In this document: positions 42,111 to 59,480 of the stretch, piece after piece
Position numbering within the stretch: position 1 is the stretch's first letter
Layout: every line of letters starts with the position of its first letter
From: the human T2T-CHM13v2.0 reference genome, Homo sapiens
NCBI RefSeq assembly: GCF_009914755.1
Contig: NC_060938.1
Length of the DNA stretch: 64,000 bases
Strand: one strand, 5' to 3'
Notes under the pieces: model-generated
Told to the model about the DNA's origin: nothing
The model's database searches: none
The model's input: the letters and a program-made list of their open reading frames with translations, nothing else
Translations under genes and position numbers: made by a program

Positions 42111-42669
42111 ATAAAAGCAAAACCAAACCAAGCAAAAAGGTCTGAGAAACAAAAACTCCAGTAATTTAAGTGGTGAAGTAGTTTTGCATTATTATGTTCC
42201 TTTGGATTTATTTGATTTGTAATTAACCAAATCTAGCTAATGTGTCCTATTTTTCTTTAAATGTTCCTTAAAACCATTGGAAATCATTGATAGGAAGCAG
42301 AAGGTTTGGAAACATATAGCTTGGGAAATAAACAGTTCTCAGGTCAAGTTCATAGGCTTGCCTCAAAGCGTGTGAGTGTAGTTCAAGTTCAAGGAATTGC
42401 CTGGAAGCCAAAGAGCACATGTACTGCAACTGTGTATTCTAGGGAGGCCTTTTTTGTCAGCAGCGCCCTTGCTTCATTTTATGTCATTGTGCTCTCTGGA
42501 CAGCTGAAATAACTTGAGAATTATCACCCTGGATGCAGTCCTTTATACTGAGTATTGTTTCTGATGTGAGTCAGAATGTGGGATGGTTTTCTTCAACAGT
42601 CTCAAAATTCTCCTGTTACTTCATAACCCAGTTGGAAGCATTTATATTTTCAGTCTGCATTTGGGGCAT

Positions 42670-43025
42670 TTTTAAACAATATCTTTATTGAGATATAATA
42701 TACATACCATAAAATCCACCCTTTGAAAGTATACAACTCAGTTGTTTTTAGTATATTCACTGAGTTTTGCAACCATCACCACAATTAATTTTAGAACATT
42801 TTTATCACCCCAAAAGTAGATTCTACCCATTAGCAGTCAGTCCTCAGTCTCCCCCAGCCTCTCCTCACCAGCCCTAGGCAACCCCAATCTACTTTTTTCT
42901 CTATGGATTTGCCCCTTTTGGATTTTATATCGTATACATGGAATCAGACAATATGTGACCTTTGTGACTGACTTCTTTCACGTAGCCTAATGTTCCCAAG
43001 GTTCATCCATGTTATGGCATGTTTG
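42670..43025 (-). mobile_element. L1MB-type 3' end
   Basis: ctttattgagatataat…gcaaccatcaccac. Confidence 0.8.
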
Positions 43026-43375
43026 CATCACTTTCTGAGACATTAAGTTGCACACATTTTCTGGCCCCTTTACAAAGCAGGATTTACGTTAGTCGATCCT
43101 CGCTCAAGGGGACACAGATATAAAGGAAGCAACAGTGGACTGCCATAAATAAGAATTGTAAATCCAACAACTCCCACCCCGTAAAAACATTTTTTTCCAG
43201 TGTTAACAGTGGTTGTCTTTGGGGAAGAAAGGAGCGGGGAAAGGAGAGGAGCTTTAATTAACCTTATGTATCTTCCTTGTACTTTGAGTTTTCTGTCTTT
43301 AAACATATATAACTTTAAAAGAAATGTCAACAGGAGGTATCTCAATGGGGAGCTAACGTGTCCTTGCTTTTTTAA

Positions 43376-43685
<310 letters not shown>

Positions 43686-43794
43686 AAAAATTTGTGTATT
43701 TTTAAAAATATTTAATAATTCATATTTTTAAAATCTTTGCCACAATTGTTTATTTCTCTCCATAATGCTATATTACTTGTGTATGAGCTCATGA

Positions 43795-44097
43795 TTTTTT
43801 TTTTTTTTTTGAGATTGGGTCTCACTCTGTCCCCCAGGCTGAAGTGAAATAGTAAGATCATAGCTCACTGCAGCTTCAACCTCCCAGGCTCAAGCAGTCC
43901 TCCCGCCTCAGCCTCCTAAGTAGCTAGGACTACAGGCAGACACCAGCACGCCCAGCTAATTAAAAAAAAAAAAAAATTAAGAGATGGGGGTCTTACTGTG
44001 TTGCCCAGGCTGGTCTCGAACTCCTGCCTCAAGTGATCCACCCGCCTCAGCCTCCCAAAGTTCTGGGATTACAGGTGTGAACCACTGCACCCAGCCT
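43795..44097 (-). mobile_element. AluJ
   Basis: J-type right arm. Confidence 0.85.
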
Positions 44098-44116
44098 TAT
44101 TATTTTTACTAGCATA

Positions 44117-44482
44117 CAGTAGTTCCCCCTGCCTAATCCACGGTTTTGCTTTTCACTGTTTCAGTTACCTGAGGTCAACTTTGTTCCAGAAAAATTCAAT
44201 GGCAAATTCTAGAAATAATTTGTAAATTTTAAATTGTAGGCCATTCTGAGTAGCATGATGAAACCTTGCGCTGTCCTGCTCCGTCCTGACTAGACATGAA
44301 CCATCTGTTTGTCCAGCCTGTCCATGCTGTCCACGCTACCTGCTTGTCAGTCACTTGGCAGCTGTCTCAGTTATCAGATCTACTCTTGCTTATGATGTAT
44401 ACATAGGGTTCAGTACTGTCATGGTCCAGGCATCCACTGGGGGCCTTGGAACATATCCCCCCATGGATGAAGGTGACTTCTG
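44117..44482 (+). mobile_element. MER44A-like (Tigger7 derivative)
   Basis: TA-cagtagttcccc…gacttctg-TA; ttcagttacctgaggtcaac. Confidence 0.8.
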
Positions 44483-45398
44483 TATAATATTCTTCTGGTT
44501 TCTTAATCTCTTTTCCTTCTTAAATTCTATTTGTCTGATATTAAAATTGCTAACTTGATTTTCTTTTTACTTATAACAGCATTATAACTTTTCCATTTCT
44601 TTATTTTCAGTCTTGAAGCATTCATTGGTTTTAGCTATCTTGTGTGGACTGCGTACCTCTGGTTCTTGTTTTTTATTCAATCTAACAATTCCTGTCTCTT
44701 GGCCAGTAATTGTAACTTGTTTATGGTATGGTCATTACTATTGCATTAGCACAGCAGTCTTCAAACTGGGGCATGTTTATTCCTGGGGGTACATAAAGAC
44801 TTCCTGGGGATAAATTGGCGAGGGAGCCAGTTCCCTGGTTTCTAACTTCCGTGTATATTCCAGGCCAATGTCGATCTGTTAGGAAATGTGTCTGTGTGCT
44901 GCTGCTCCTTTCTCCCATCAGCTTTCATGGCTTCTCCTCTTACTGTACAGAAGAAAGGCATATCACTGACCCCTTCCACATTTTACGATCTTCCTTACCT
45001 TACCTCAGGACATAATACCTCGGTGGACCAAACAGAAATAGTTTGAAAACTCGTTGGCCCTAAAGGAGAGTCTCATAAAAGCAAAGCAAAGAAGGTCTCT
45101 GTAAAAAATAACGGAAGGGCAGGTCTTTTTTCTTCCAGGCTACCAACTCATGGTGCATCCCCATGCCTTACCTATCTGGTAGTTGGTTTTAAAACTAAGA
45201 ATCCCGAAGTGCTATGCTTTCACTGTGATGTGTATAGCATGTTTGAGTTGAAAATAAGGTCAAACTTTTTCTGACAGAAAGTAAATCTGATTCGCCTGAA
45301 TGTTTGACAGAGCAGACAGGCTTTGCCAATTATGTTCTATGTCAGACCTTCTTTGTAAATTCTGAAAGAGCTTACACTTACATATTAAATTGCATTTA

Positions 45399-46244
<846 letters not shown>

Positions 46245-46774
46245 GTACACAAGCAAAAGAAAGATTAACATAATAATAGCTTTTAATTCTGCTGTCTTAT
46301 TCTATATTTTCTATTTTTTATGCTTTTTCTCCTTGTTTTTTCTCATTTCGCCTTCTAATGGATATATTATATTTCTTCAGTTGGTTGGAAAACTATAGGT
46401 TCTATTTTTATTCTCCTCATGGCTACTCCTCCCTTAGTGTGACCCATGCTTATACGTATTTTTCTTTATCGTCGTTTTAAAATTTGTCAGTGTCTGCAGC
46501 TTCCTTCAGTCTTTAATATACTCTTACTGCCTTCTGTTCTTCATAGAGTAACACCCTATACGTATACAAAAGTTGTTGTGTCTGGAATTTTTGAGCAAAG
46601 TTATGGATATTTTATTTAAAAATAGTCATTGATTATCATTGATTACTCAAACATCATTAAACCTTAGGCAATAAGAAACTTTATGAGATTTTTGTTTTAA
46701 TGTGAATGTACTAAACACCACTGAATTGCACACTGTAAAACTGTGACTTTGTAACCACCATCTTTATCTAGTTT

Positions 46775-46998
46775 TTATATATTTTTATTACCCAGGTTCA
46801 AGCTATTCCCCCACCTCAGCCTCCTGAGTAGCTGGGACTATAGGCACATGCTACTGCACCCAGCTAATTTTTGTATTTTTTGGTAAAGACAGGGTTTCAC
46901 CATGTTGCCCAGGCTGGTCTCAAACTCCTGGGCTCAAGCAATCCTGCCTCAGCCTCCCAAAGTGTTGAGAATACAGGCGTGAGCCACTGTGCCCAGCC
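46775..46998 (-). mobile_element. AluJ, partial
   Basis: Antisense Alu lacking its 3' end. Confidence 0.8.
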
Positions 46999-47043
46999 CC
47001 TCTTGCATAGTTCTTTTTATCACAAAAGGAAGTTCCGTATTAA

Positions 47044-47403
<360 letters not shown>

Positions 47404-47419
47404 GACGTTTTGACATCTT

Positions 47420-47930
47420 TACGCGGCCATGTTGGCTGGGGAAGAGACTGCCCCTCCCAGGGTTAGCTAATTCCTAGAGACAGTAAGAAGCTTTTGTTGG
47501 TGAATCTGTCTTTCGTATACAAACCAACCAATTCTGAGTCCATACCCCAGCCACTTCCTTTATCTGATGCGCACACACCAAGCCAATATTTCCCCTGCTC
47601 TAAATCAACCCAGAACCAGGTCCCAGACAACTAGGGACACCTCCTAGGCCCCAAAGCCTGCTAGAATTATTCAGGTATAGCTTTTTCTAAGCCATTTATC
47701 GTGCCTGCCTTGCCTTCTCTGTGGAAGCCCCAGTAAGGGCTGTGGCCTGTGCCTTCCCCTGGCTCCTGTCCCCTTATTGACTCTGGTGCTTCCCCCGTGG
47801 CCCTGCATGTTGTGCTGTGCCTCTTATTTTGTGGGGGAACTGTGAATGACATTAAACTTTTCTTTCAATGGCACTGACCTCTTTGTGTCATTCTCAGTGA
47901 CCTTTATAAATTAACACCCAGGCACACATC
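47420..47930 (+). mobile_element. MER74-type ERVL LTR
   Basis: cctcccagggttagctaattcctagaga…cagacaactagggac. Confidence 0.75.
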
Positions 47931-47970
47931 CCCTGTCAACCAGCCTGTGACAACCACTAATCTGTGTCCT

Positions 47971-48264
<294 letters not shown>

Positions 48265-48695
48265 TCTGTGTCCTCTCTCTTTAAATCTGCCTATTCTGAG
48301 TATCATATAAATGTAATCATATAATATGTGGCCTTTCGTGTCTTGCCTTTTTCTCTGCGCATAATGTTTTCTAAGTTCTGTCTATTGTACCATGTGTCAG
48401 TACCTCATTCCCTCTTCATGGCTTAAAAGTATTCAGTTGGATGCTCCCACTTGCCATACCCTGCTATTTATTCCTAGGAGCAAATTTTCTTTTTGCTAGA
48501 ATATATACAGTAACATTTTTCCAAAGAAGGTCTGTATCTGGAAAACTTTCTGAAATCTTGTATACCTAAAAATATATTTCTTTCTTCCTTACATGTATAT
48601 GATAGTTTAGATTGGTATAGACTGAAAAGTAAGGTTCAAAAATTTGTTTTCTCCAGCATTCTGAAGATAATATCTCATTGTTTTACCCTAGCTGA

Positions 48696-49307
<612 letters not shown>

Positions 49308-52300
49308 TAGTCCCTGTCCCTTTTTCCCTACCTGATGTTTTTGGGTCAACTCTTTGACCCTATTCTAAGTTTCTCATCTTTGCCTCTTCTGCTGAGCATA
49401 CTTACTGAGTTCTCTATTTCAGCAATTATATTTTTATACTAAAAAAAAAATTGCTTGGTTGTTCTTCCTTATGGCTTACTCTCACTTAATGTTTTAAGTA
49501 TCTTCCCTTGTGTCTCCAAAGACATTTATTATACCTATTGGATTTTTAAATTCTGTTTCCCATGGTAGAGGTTGCTTCATTTGTTATCTGTCTTTTAAGT
49601 TTTTCTTTTATGCTACTTGCATTTCTCAGAGATGTTATAATTTCCTCCTGGAAATTAGTAATGATGTCCGTAGAATATTCAGTTGCCTTGGCTAGCACAT
49701 GTGGTCTACTTCTGCTGCGGATGAGTTTAACCAGGAGTGTGGTTGGAAGGGAGTACCTCAGGGCAGGGTGGCCTGATATTGGAGGCTAGACTCAGCAAAC
49801 TCTAAGCTTGAAAAAACGAGGCCCTATCTGTCCCCTTTTCATATCACTAGTAATTTGTGCACTTCTTGAGTCCCAGTCCTTTCAGGCAAAATAGCTTAAC
49901 AAAGATTCTGAACACACACCATGTACCAAGAATTGGGCTGCCCACAATTGATTATAAAAGATGAATAAAAAATGATAGTCCCTTCCTAAAGGGTAATGCT
50001 CTGTGACCACTAAATAGATAAAATTTCAAAATACAGAAGTAGCACAGCAGCAGGAATAATTTTCTCTATCCTGGGGGCTCAGTAAACACTTCATTAAAGA
50101 AGATACAGGCAAATTGGATCTTGAAGGACAAACCCAAGTTTGCCTGTAGATGGGGTAAGAGGTTGTTTCAGGAGGTGAGGACAACTGTGTTTACAAGGCA
50201 CAGGAGCCTGAACCACCAGGGCATGTGCTAGAAACTAGATTTCCCACTCCCAGGAGTCCAGTGGTGGGATTTTTACCTTTCCCCTTTACTTCTCCCTTTA
50301 TATGATGAAAGATGTATATGGAGAAAGATTATATGTAGCATAGTGTCCTCATGAACACCAAGTCCACGGAAGTCTAAGGTCACAGATATCGGTGAAGAGC
50401 CATATTACAGTCCCCCTAAGAGACTGCTCAGCTGACATCGGGGTTTCTTTATTTGGCCATTCACACTTTCTTTCCAGATGCTGTAACTCTGGAAATAAAA
50501 CATTTTCTGAGGACAAGTCTCAGATCATCAGAAAAATGATTTGGAGTTTGTTTTTTTTTTAATCTGAGTTTGTTGTTCTTCATGTCTTCCCTCTGGTATA
50601 AGAAACAGTTGGACTTCACAGAGCAGGCAGGCTTAGGCAGGCCCTATCAGCAAGAGCTGGAACTGAACTGTGAGTGAACTGGAAAGGAAAAGGCAACTTT
50701 TAGCGTCTTGTGGCTGGCTGAGCTATTTTAGTGTAAACTTTTTAAAGAAATGTCTCTCAGGCAAAGTGGTTGAGAATACCAGAATCTCTGGCAGATCCAA
50801 TTTCCATTTTGGTTTTTGGAGCCATAGTTGAGGTTCTAGGAGTCAAATAATGATAGCACATATAAAATATTATATTTAAAAAGCCTAATGCAGCATTGTT
50901 AATAGGATTTCATAATGTGTTAGAGACTGTAACTAATTTTGGGTAGCCATTTCTCTGTCCTCCTTTTCTCTACTCCCAGGACACAAGGGCTTTGTACTCA
51001 AAACACCCTGCCTTCTTAACACAAATTCTCATGAAATGTCATTATTATACAAACATAATTCATTTCTTGTTAGTGAAAGACCCTTTCATTCACAAACATC
51101 CCAATGAGAAAGAAAGAGAAGTGAGGTTAGTCTGTTTACAGAAAAGAAAACTAAAATCCACAGAAGAAAGTTGACTTTCCCAAGTCACCACAGCAAGTTT
51201 TTGAACTAGATCTCCTAAGTAGAGTGTCTTCTAGTATAGCTCTGTGATTTATTTTCAGCCCACTCTGCCTTCTCTTGGAGTCTGGACACATGGAAAGCAC
51301 ATCTTTTAATTCAAGTCAACACAGTTGTTGTTTATTGAGCATTTACTGTTTTCAAAATCCAAAGCCAAATGCCTTAGGATTTAATATCAGTATCCTGTGT
51401 GAGTGTTGATGCCCGTCTTCCTCATTCATTCATTCATTCATGTATTCATCTATGCATAGTTATTCATATGATCACCACTTACACTGTACCTACTACCTAA
51501 GCAGTATACCAGGTGCTGAGCGCAATTCATGGTATCACATTATAAGATGCTACCTCAAACAGGATACGTTTCTTAACTTGCTCACTAAATTGCTTCACAA
51601 GTGCCAACAGTTCCTATTCTATCTTTCCAACATTTTCTATTGCCCTGACATGAACGATTTAGGAATTGGTACCACTCCTGCAGTACATGGTTATTTATAA
51701 GATCATTTTTTTTTTCATCGGACCTGGAGACACCAGGGTCAAAGTAGAGACCTGAATGCCCAGGAACATACAGCATGTCAATAACAAAGCAAGGGTTGGA
51801 ATCCCTATCTCATAGCACCCTACTCAGAAAGCTTGCCACATTTTTTGCTTCTTTTCATAATTCTTCTCAAGTGCTTCATTAAAGCTAGATGATAGAGTTA
51901 AAATAGTACTCTATTTTATCTACGTACGTGTAATTGGAGTGCCAAAAGGTTCACTCTTACCTGTTACCTACCTAGTGAAACTGATAAAAGACAGTAGTAA
52001 CGTGTGAAGGACAGAGGAAATGAGGGGTGAAACTGAAAGGCACTTCTCACAGAAAAGATGTTTACTCTTAGGCTAGCATCTTCAGAAAATGAAAAAGAAT
52101 ACCCTTTGGTAGTTTAATAATCATATTTGACTTCTGCCTCTGGCCATGGCAGAATAATGGTAATGACTTGCTCTCTTGACAAAAGCAACTATGAAACTGT
52201 GTAAAATATGTGAAGCAACTGAATATACAAAGGGTACTGAGACTCATAGAAGATATTAAATCCCTGCCATTTTCAGACATTGGACAGATAAGATAGGACT

Positions 52301-53200
52301 TTGATTCTTGAGAGAAGAAACACCATGAGAAGCCCCTGGCTTTCTGCCTGCAGTCACTATCTAGTCTTGGCATGGAGTGGTGGAGCCCAAATGGAAAGGT
52401 GATTTTAGTCAGCTCAGTGGGCAGAAATTAGAATTCTACGCCACTGAAATAGTTGGACTTTGCAGGGCAAGGAACTAGAGAAATGGAAGCCCTGTGACAG
52501 GGCAAAGACAGCAGAGTTCTGTGTAAGGATTCTATTTGGATTGTTGGCTGAGGGCTGGGTGTGCATGTACAGAGTGAGATTCTTCATGAGGCCTGGCAGA
52601 GATCGCCTGCTGTAGGGCTGAGAGCTGAATGATGATGCCAGAGGTCATTCAGTTCTGGGAGATGTTGCAGATCCGGCTTAACCTGAATGAAGAAACCGCC
52701 CAGAACACCTCAGGCATTCAGTTGAGATCCCAGAACTGTCACACTTTAGGAGTAGGACTGTGCTCTTGAGTCAGATGGGGGGGTGGTTGCAGAGGAGGGG
52801 GATACCCTAGGGCTAAGTTCAAAATGGAAATAGAACTGAAGAAAGGTTTGAACCAAGCTTGGTAGCACCAAAAGGATCTGCCAGTAATTTCCCTGACTAC
52901 CAGAACAGACTTCACATCTTTAAAGAAAGATAGCATAATCCAGACTTTCTGCAATGTATCATACAGTATCTAACATACAATCATAAGTTAGTAGACATAT
53001 AGAGTCAGAAAATATGACATATACTTAAGGGGAAAAAAGCAGTCAGTAGACCCTGAAATGCTCCTGAAGTTGAAACGAGCAGGCAAGTTCTTCAAATTAC
53101 CCATAATAAATATGTTCACAGACTTTAAGTAAAAGGTGGATAAAGTGAACAAACAGGAAATCCCAAAGGAGAAATGGAAATTATAAAAAACTTGCCCAGT

Positions 53201-53516
<316 letters not shown>

Positions 53517-54053
53517 CTACTACTGGAAATGAAATGAAAAATTTACTGGATGAGACTAAAAGTGGATCAGAGATCCAGAAGAAAGGGTAGTGGACTTGGA
53601 GACAGATCAATAGATATCTAATCTGAAAAATGGGAAAATATTTTAAAAAGAATTACCAGTGCCTTGTGATAATATCAGGAGGTCTACATACGTGTAATTG
53701 GAGTGCCAGAGGAAGAGGAGAAAGAGAATGAGGCAGAAGAAAAATAATTGAGGAAATAATGACCAGAATTTCCCAAATTTGGTGAAAAGCCTTAAATTAC
53801 ATACCTAAGAATCTCAGTGAAACCCTAGCAAAATGAATGCAAAAAGAACCACACCTAAACCCATCAAAGTCACACTGCTGAAAACGAAAGAAAAAGAAAA
53901 TATTAAAAATGACCAAAGGAAAAGGGATCCATTGCATACATTATATGTGAATGATGGCTGACTTCTCAGAAACCATGGAGGCCAGAAGACAATGAAACAA
54001 TACCTTTAAAGTGCTGAAAGACAAAAAAAAAAAAAAAACCTCAGTATTCTCTA

Positions 54054-54480
<427 letters not shown>

Positions 54481-54635
54481 GAAATGCTAAAGGAAGTTCC
54501 TCAGGCTGCCAAAAAAAAAAAAAAAAAAAAGATACCAGGAAATTCAAGTGCTCGGGGATGGATAAAGATTACCAGAAAAGAGAAATATATGAGTAAACCT
54601 AAAGACTTTTATTTCTTCAATACACGCACACACGC

Positions 54636-55251
54636 ACATGACTTGAACAATCCCGGGGTTAGGGTACTGGCCCCTCGAACAGTTGAAAATCCACCTAAAC
54701 TTTTGCATCCCCCAAAATTTTAGCTATTAAGAGCCTGTTGTTGACAGGAAGCCCTACCAATAACATAAGCAGTTGGTTAATACATACTTTGTATATTATG
54801 TGTATTATACACTGTATTCTTATAATTAAGCTAGAGAAAAAATTTTATTAAAATCATAGGTGAAAATATGTTTTCATTAGTTTCACTAGTCATTAATTGG
54901 AAATGGATTATCTTAAAGTTCTTCATCCTTGTCATCTTCACATTGAATAGGCTGAGGAGCAAGAGGAAAAGGAGGGGTTGGTCTTGCTGTCTCGGGGTGG
55001 CAGAGGTAAAAGAAATTCCATGTGCAAGTGGACCTGGGTCAGGCATGGTGGTAGCTCATGCCTGTAGTCCTAGCACTTTGGGAGGCTGAGATGGGAGGAT
55101 TGCTTGAGCCCAGGAAGTTGAGGCTGCAGTGAGCTGTAATCATACCACTGTACGCCGGCCTACGCAACAGAGTGAGACCACATCTCAAAAAAAGAAATAG
55201 TAGTATAATGGACCTGTGAAGGTCAAACCTGTGCTGTTCAAGAGTCAGCTG
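54636..55251. mobile_element. Tigger2a/MER28-like element with an Alu monomer (55038-55196) inserted
   Basis: acttgaacaa…cagttgaaaatcc…tgttcaagagtcagctg. Confidence 0.75.
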
Positions 55252-55791
55252 TGTGTATATATATATATATGTATATATATATATGACTGTCCAAAACAAA
55301 AATATGTAACATTGTATTTTGAGTAACATATGACAGCTACACCATAAAGGATGGGAATGGAGAATGAAATTATGCAATTATGAAGTTCTTAACATTTTAC
55401 TGAAGTGGTACAATATTAACTCTAAGTGTACCCTACAAAGTTAAGAATGTATATTGTAATCCCTAGAAAGACCTCTAAAAAAAAAAGAGGTATAGCTAAA
55501 AAGTCAATAGAGAAATTCAAATGGAATTCTGAAAAGTATTTAGTTTACCCACAAGAATACAGGAAACGAAGAACAGAGGAACCAGAAACAGATGAGACAA
55601 ACAGAAAACAAATAGCAAAGTAGTAGACCTGTATCCATCTACATCAATAAACTAAATGTAAATAGACTAAATACCCCAATTAAAAGATAGAAATTGTCAG
55701 ACTGGGTGAAAATGCAAGACTCAGTCATACACTACCTATAGGACATACTTTAAATACAAAGATACAAATCGACTGAAAGTGAAAGGATGGG

Positions 55792-56566
55792 TAGTAGGCA
55801 GAGTAATGCCATCACCCCGCCGTAATCCCTAGAACCTGTGACTGTGTGACTTTACATGGGATGGGCATGGTGACTCATGCCTGTAATCCTAGCACTTTGG
55901 GGGCCAAGGCAGGAGGATCACTTGAGGCCAGGAGTTTGAGATCAGCCTCGGAAACATAGCAAGACCCCATCTCTATTTAAAAAACTGTTTTCAAATTAGC
56001 CAGGCATGATGGTGTGTGCCTATAGTCCTAACTACTCGGGAAGCTGAGGTAAGGAGGATCACTTGAGCCAGGAGTTTGAGGCTGCAGTGAACTATGATCA
56101 CACCACTGCATTTCAGCCTGGGTGACAGCAAGAGACCCTGCCTCTAAAAAAGTAAATAAATAAAATGTTACCTTACATGGCAAAAAGGACTCTGCAGACG
56201 TGATTAAAGTTGTGGACCTTGAGATGGAGCGGTTATCTTGGATTATCCATTGGGTCCAGTCTAATCACACGAGTCCTTAAAAGTAGAGAACCTGTCCACA
56301 CCGCGGTCAGAAAGAGATGTCACTGTGGAAGAAGGGTCGGAGCACTGCTGCGTGCTTTGAAAGTGGACAGAGGGGCTATGAGAAAGCAATGCAGTCAGTG
56401 TCCAGAAGCTGAGAGAGGTGAGCAAGAGAGACCTATGTGGAACTTCTGATGATGTTGGGCTTCTGACCTCCTATCATCTTACAAAACTCTAAGATAATAA
56501 GTGTGTGTTGTTATAAGCCACTCAGTTTGTGGTAATTTGTTACAGCAGCCGCAGAAAACCAATGCT
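55792..56566 (+). mobile_element. MLT1D-like MaLR LTR split by AluJ (55861-56165)
   Basis: ttacatggcaaaaaggactctgcagacgtgattaa…ggtaatttgttacagcagc; ttacatgg duplicated around the Alu. Confidence 0.8.
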
Positions 56567-57605
56567 GCATGGAAAAATGTACCTAACAAGAGCTTCAAGA
56601 AATAGTGACAGAATTAAAGAGGGAAATCCACAGTCACAGTTGAAGATTTCAGGACCTTTCCCTCAGCAGTTGATAGAATAATTAGACAAAAACAAACAAC
56701 AGCAACAAAAAGTAACAAGGACGTAGACGTTCTGAACAATACTATTAACCACCATGACCTAATTGACATTCTAGAACACTGCACCCGACCAGTTTCAGAA
56801 TACACATTCTTTCCTTGTGCATATGCTACATCCGCCAAGGTAGACTGCATGCTGGGCCATAACGCACATTTTGATAAATGTGAAAGGATTGAGATCATAC
56901 CAGGAAAAACAAAGGAAGAAGTCACACCAAATATGTTCTCTGGCCCCAGTAGAATTAAATTGGAAATAGGTAGCAACAGATATAGGAAAACACCAAATAT
57001 TTCAAAATTTAACGAAGCACTTATCAATAATCCATGGATAAAAGAAGAAATCACTAGAGAAAATTAAAAATATTTTGAACCAAAAGAAAAAAGAAAACTG
57101 CAATACATCCAAACTGTGGTTTGCAACTAAAACAGTGCTTAAAGGGAAATGTATATCATTAAAAGCCTTTTAAAATGCATTTTTAGCATTCAAAGTGCAT
57201 TCATCTCTCCAATTAGAACTGATACTTCTTTTGTACTGTACTCTGTACAGCTGTTTTTCACTATATCAATAATTTAATGGATCTATTAAATATTTGCTAA
57301 CATTATCAACCTCTTCTTTTCTAAACCATAAAAGTTCTTTAAGGACAAGTACAGTCGTTCTCAATTTTTTGTCTGTGATTTCTAACACAGTGCATGCTTC
57401 TTAGTGAGTTCTCAGTAGATTTTGAAAGAAAGATTGGACTGGATCTTATCTTCATGAGAACCCTGTGGAGATAGGCAAAATAAGTATAACCCCATTTTAC
57501 AGTTGAGGCCACCCACTTAATAAACAAGTGACAAAGCCAAGTTTCCAGTATTCCTCAAGTGTTTTCCTTTCAGGCTCTAAATTGCTGACTTAAATGTCAT
57601 CATTA

Positions 57606-57977
<372 letters not shown>

Positions 57978-58289
57978 TCAGCTTATAGCCTTTATCATCT
58001 AGTCTTCTATTCTCTGGAGAGTCAGTGGGGACTCTTCCGAGTTCTTGTAGCCTTTTCTTAAGGCCTATAGGAAGTCATCTGTGCTGAGCCTGCACTTTCT
58101 ATAACAGATGGAAAACTGAAGCCCAGACATCTTAAGTGGCATTGACTTAGACAGACTATAGAGTTAGTTAGTGGGGGGCCAGCACCATGACCTGTCCCCT
58201 ACCTCCAGCAGGCTTCACCCACCCTTGCACCCTTGCAGGAAGCACTTAGAGGCTTGAGGTTGCCAGCTGTGGGGGGTTGGGCCTGTGCA

Positions 58290-58548
58290 GTGCCTCTCAG
58301 CCGCCCACGCTGGTGGGGCTCTGCAGTGTTAGCTTCTTGTTTCTCTATTTTCTACCTAGGTTTCAGTTTTTCACTTGGGTTTGTTTCCCCTTTGTCTCTG
58401 GTTCAGCTTCCTTTTCCTGTTTGGTTTTAAGTAGGCTATAAAAATCAAGTTGCTGTCTTCAGAGGGTCTGTGGTCCTCTGATCAACATAGGCTGGTGGGA
58501 GTACAGGACTCGCCTCCTCAGGGTTCCCTGTGCTGCCACTTTTCAGCC
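58290..58548 (+). promoter_or_regulatory. EVL: Internal EVL promoter and 5'UTR of the MATS isoform
   Basis: EGR/GC box CGCCCACGC 58302-58310; IRF/ISRE-like GTTTCAGTTTTTCACTT 58360-58376; tandem ETS cores (cttccttttcctgt) ~58407-58420; TATAAAAA 58437-58444; no ATG between the TATA box and the start codon. Confidence 0.7.
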
Positions 58549-58559
58549 ATGGCCACAAG
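58549..58559 (+). CDS. EVL: Alternative first coding exon of EVL, encoding MAT plus the first 2 nt of Ser (phase 2)
   Basis: Ideal Kozak cagccATGG, then ATG GCC ACA AG|gtgagt (strong donor at 58560). Matches the recalled EVL N-terminus MATSEQSICQ. TATA box about 110 nt upstream. Confidence 0.9.
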
Positions 58560-59299
58560 GTGAGTATTGGAACCAGTGCAGGGGACAGAGGGATGTCAAG
58601 AGGAAACCTAGAATCTTAACGGTGAATGGGCTGTAGAAATTATCTCAGGTCCCCTTAGTATACTGATCGAGAAGTCCATGACCAGAGGGCAGGGGGCTTA
58701 CATGAGGTTACACAGCAGGTTAGTGACAGTCTGCTCCCTCTCTAGCCGCTGGTCTTTCCATTACACAGGCCTGTGTCTCTTGATGCCTGTGACCTTTAAT
58801 GGCTTCTGAGTCAAGGACTTACTTAGAAATTAGCACCTGCCTCTCATTATAGGGAGGAGGGTCTGAGCCATCTAGGGGAATTGTTGTTTAGCTCAGAGGT
58901 ACATTTGGTGAGTCCTGGCCCTTCTCTCTAGAATGACCCGAGACTGGTTGTTTTTTCTAAATATAGGCAGAGAGGGTTCTTTTTATGATAGGAACTTCAT
59001 GAACTTAATAGCAAGAGTCCTGACCCTCCACTTGAGAGACTTGTGGACTTAGGCTATTGCTGTTGAGCACATGTGTGAATACCAGCCAGTCTACAAACCG
59101 CACTCCTCATTGAGATTGTTCTCTCTAAAGGTGAGATTACATTTTGGACCTGCCTCTCCCCTGCCCTACAACTCTGAAAGATCATAGATGATAGGACAGA
59201 CAGACTTTTATCCTGTGGGGTTTGGGGCATTTGTTTGATTGACTCATGACAGCTTTGTTTTTTAGCATAAAGTAACAATCCCTCACTTTGAAAATTATT

Positions 59300-59480
59300 T
59301 CACAATTTCCAAAGTGCCATTTCGCCAGTTTTCTTATTTGAATCTTTTAACCGTGTTAGATTGATGAGAACGCTGTCATCACTCCTGTTTCGTAGCTGAG
59401 AAAACCTCTGAAAAGTTGTGGGGTTTGTCCAAGGTCACATGGCAGGTTGGGGAAGGAATGGAACCAGGGTTTAACGAGGT
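59300..59480 (-). mobile_element. MIR
   Basis: tttgtccaaggtcacatggcag. Confidence 0.55.

Noticed and set aside
44750-45370. Possible Charlie-type transposon remnant
   Set aside because: Resemblance too weak to assign by eye.
56614-57067. 146-aa and 72-aa ORFs
   Set aside because: Antisense and sense readings of decayed L1 ORF2.
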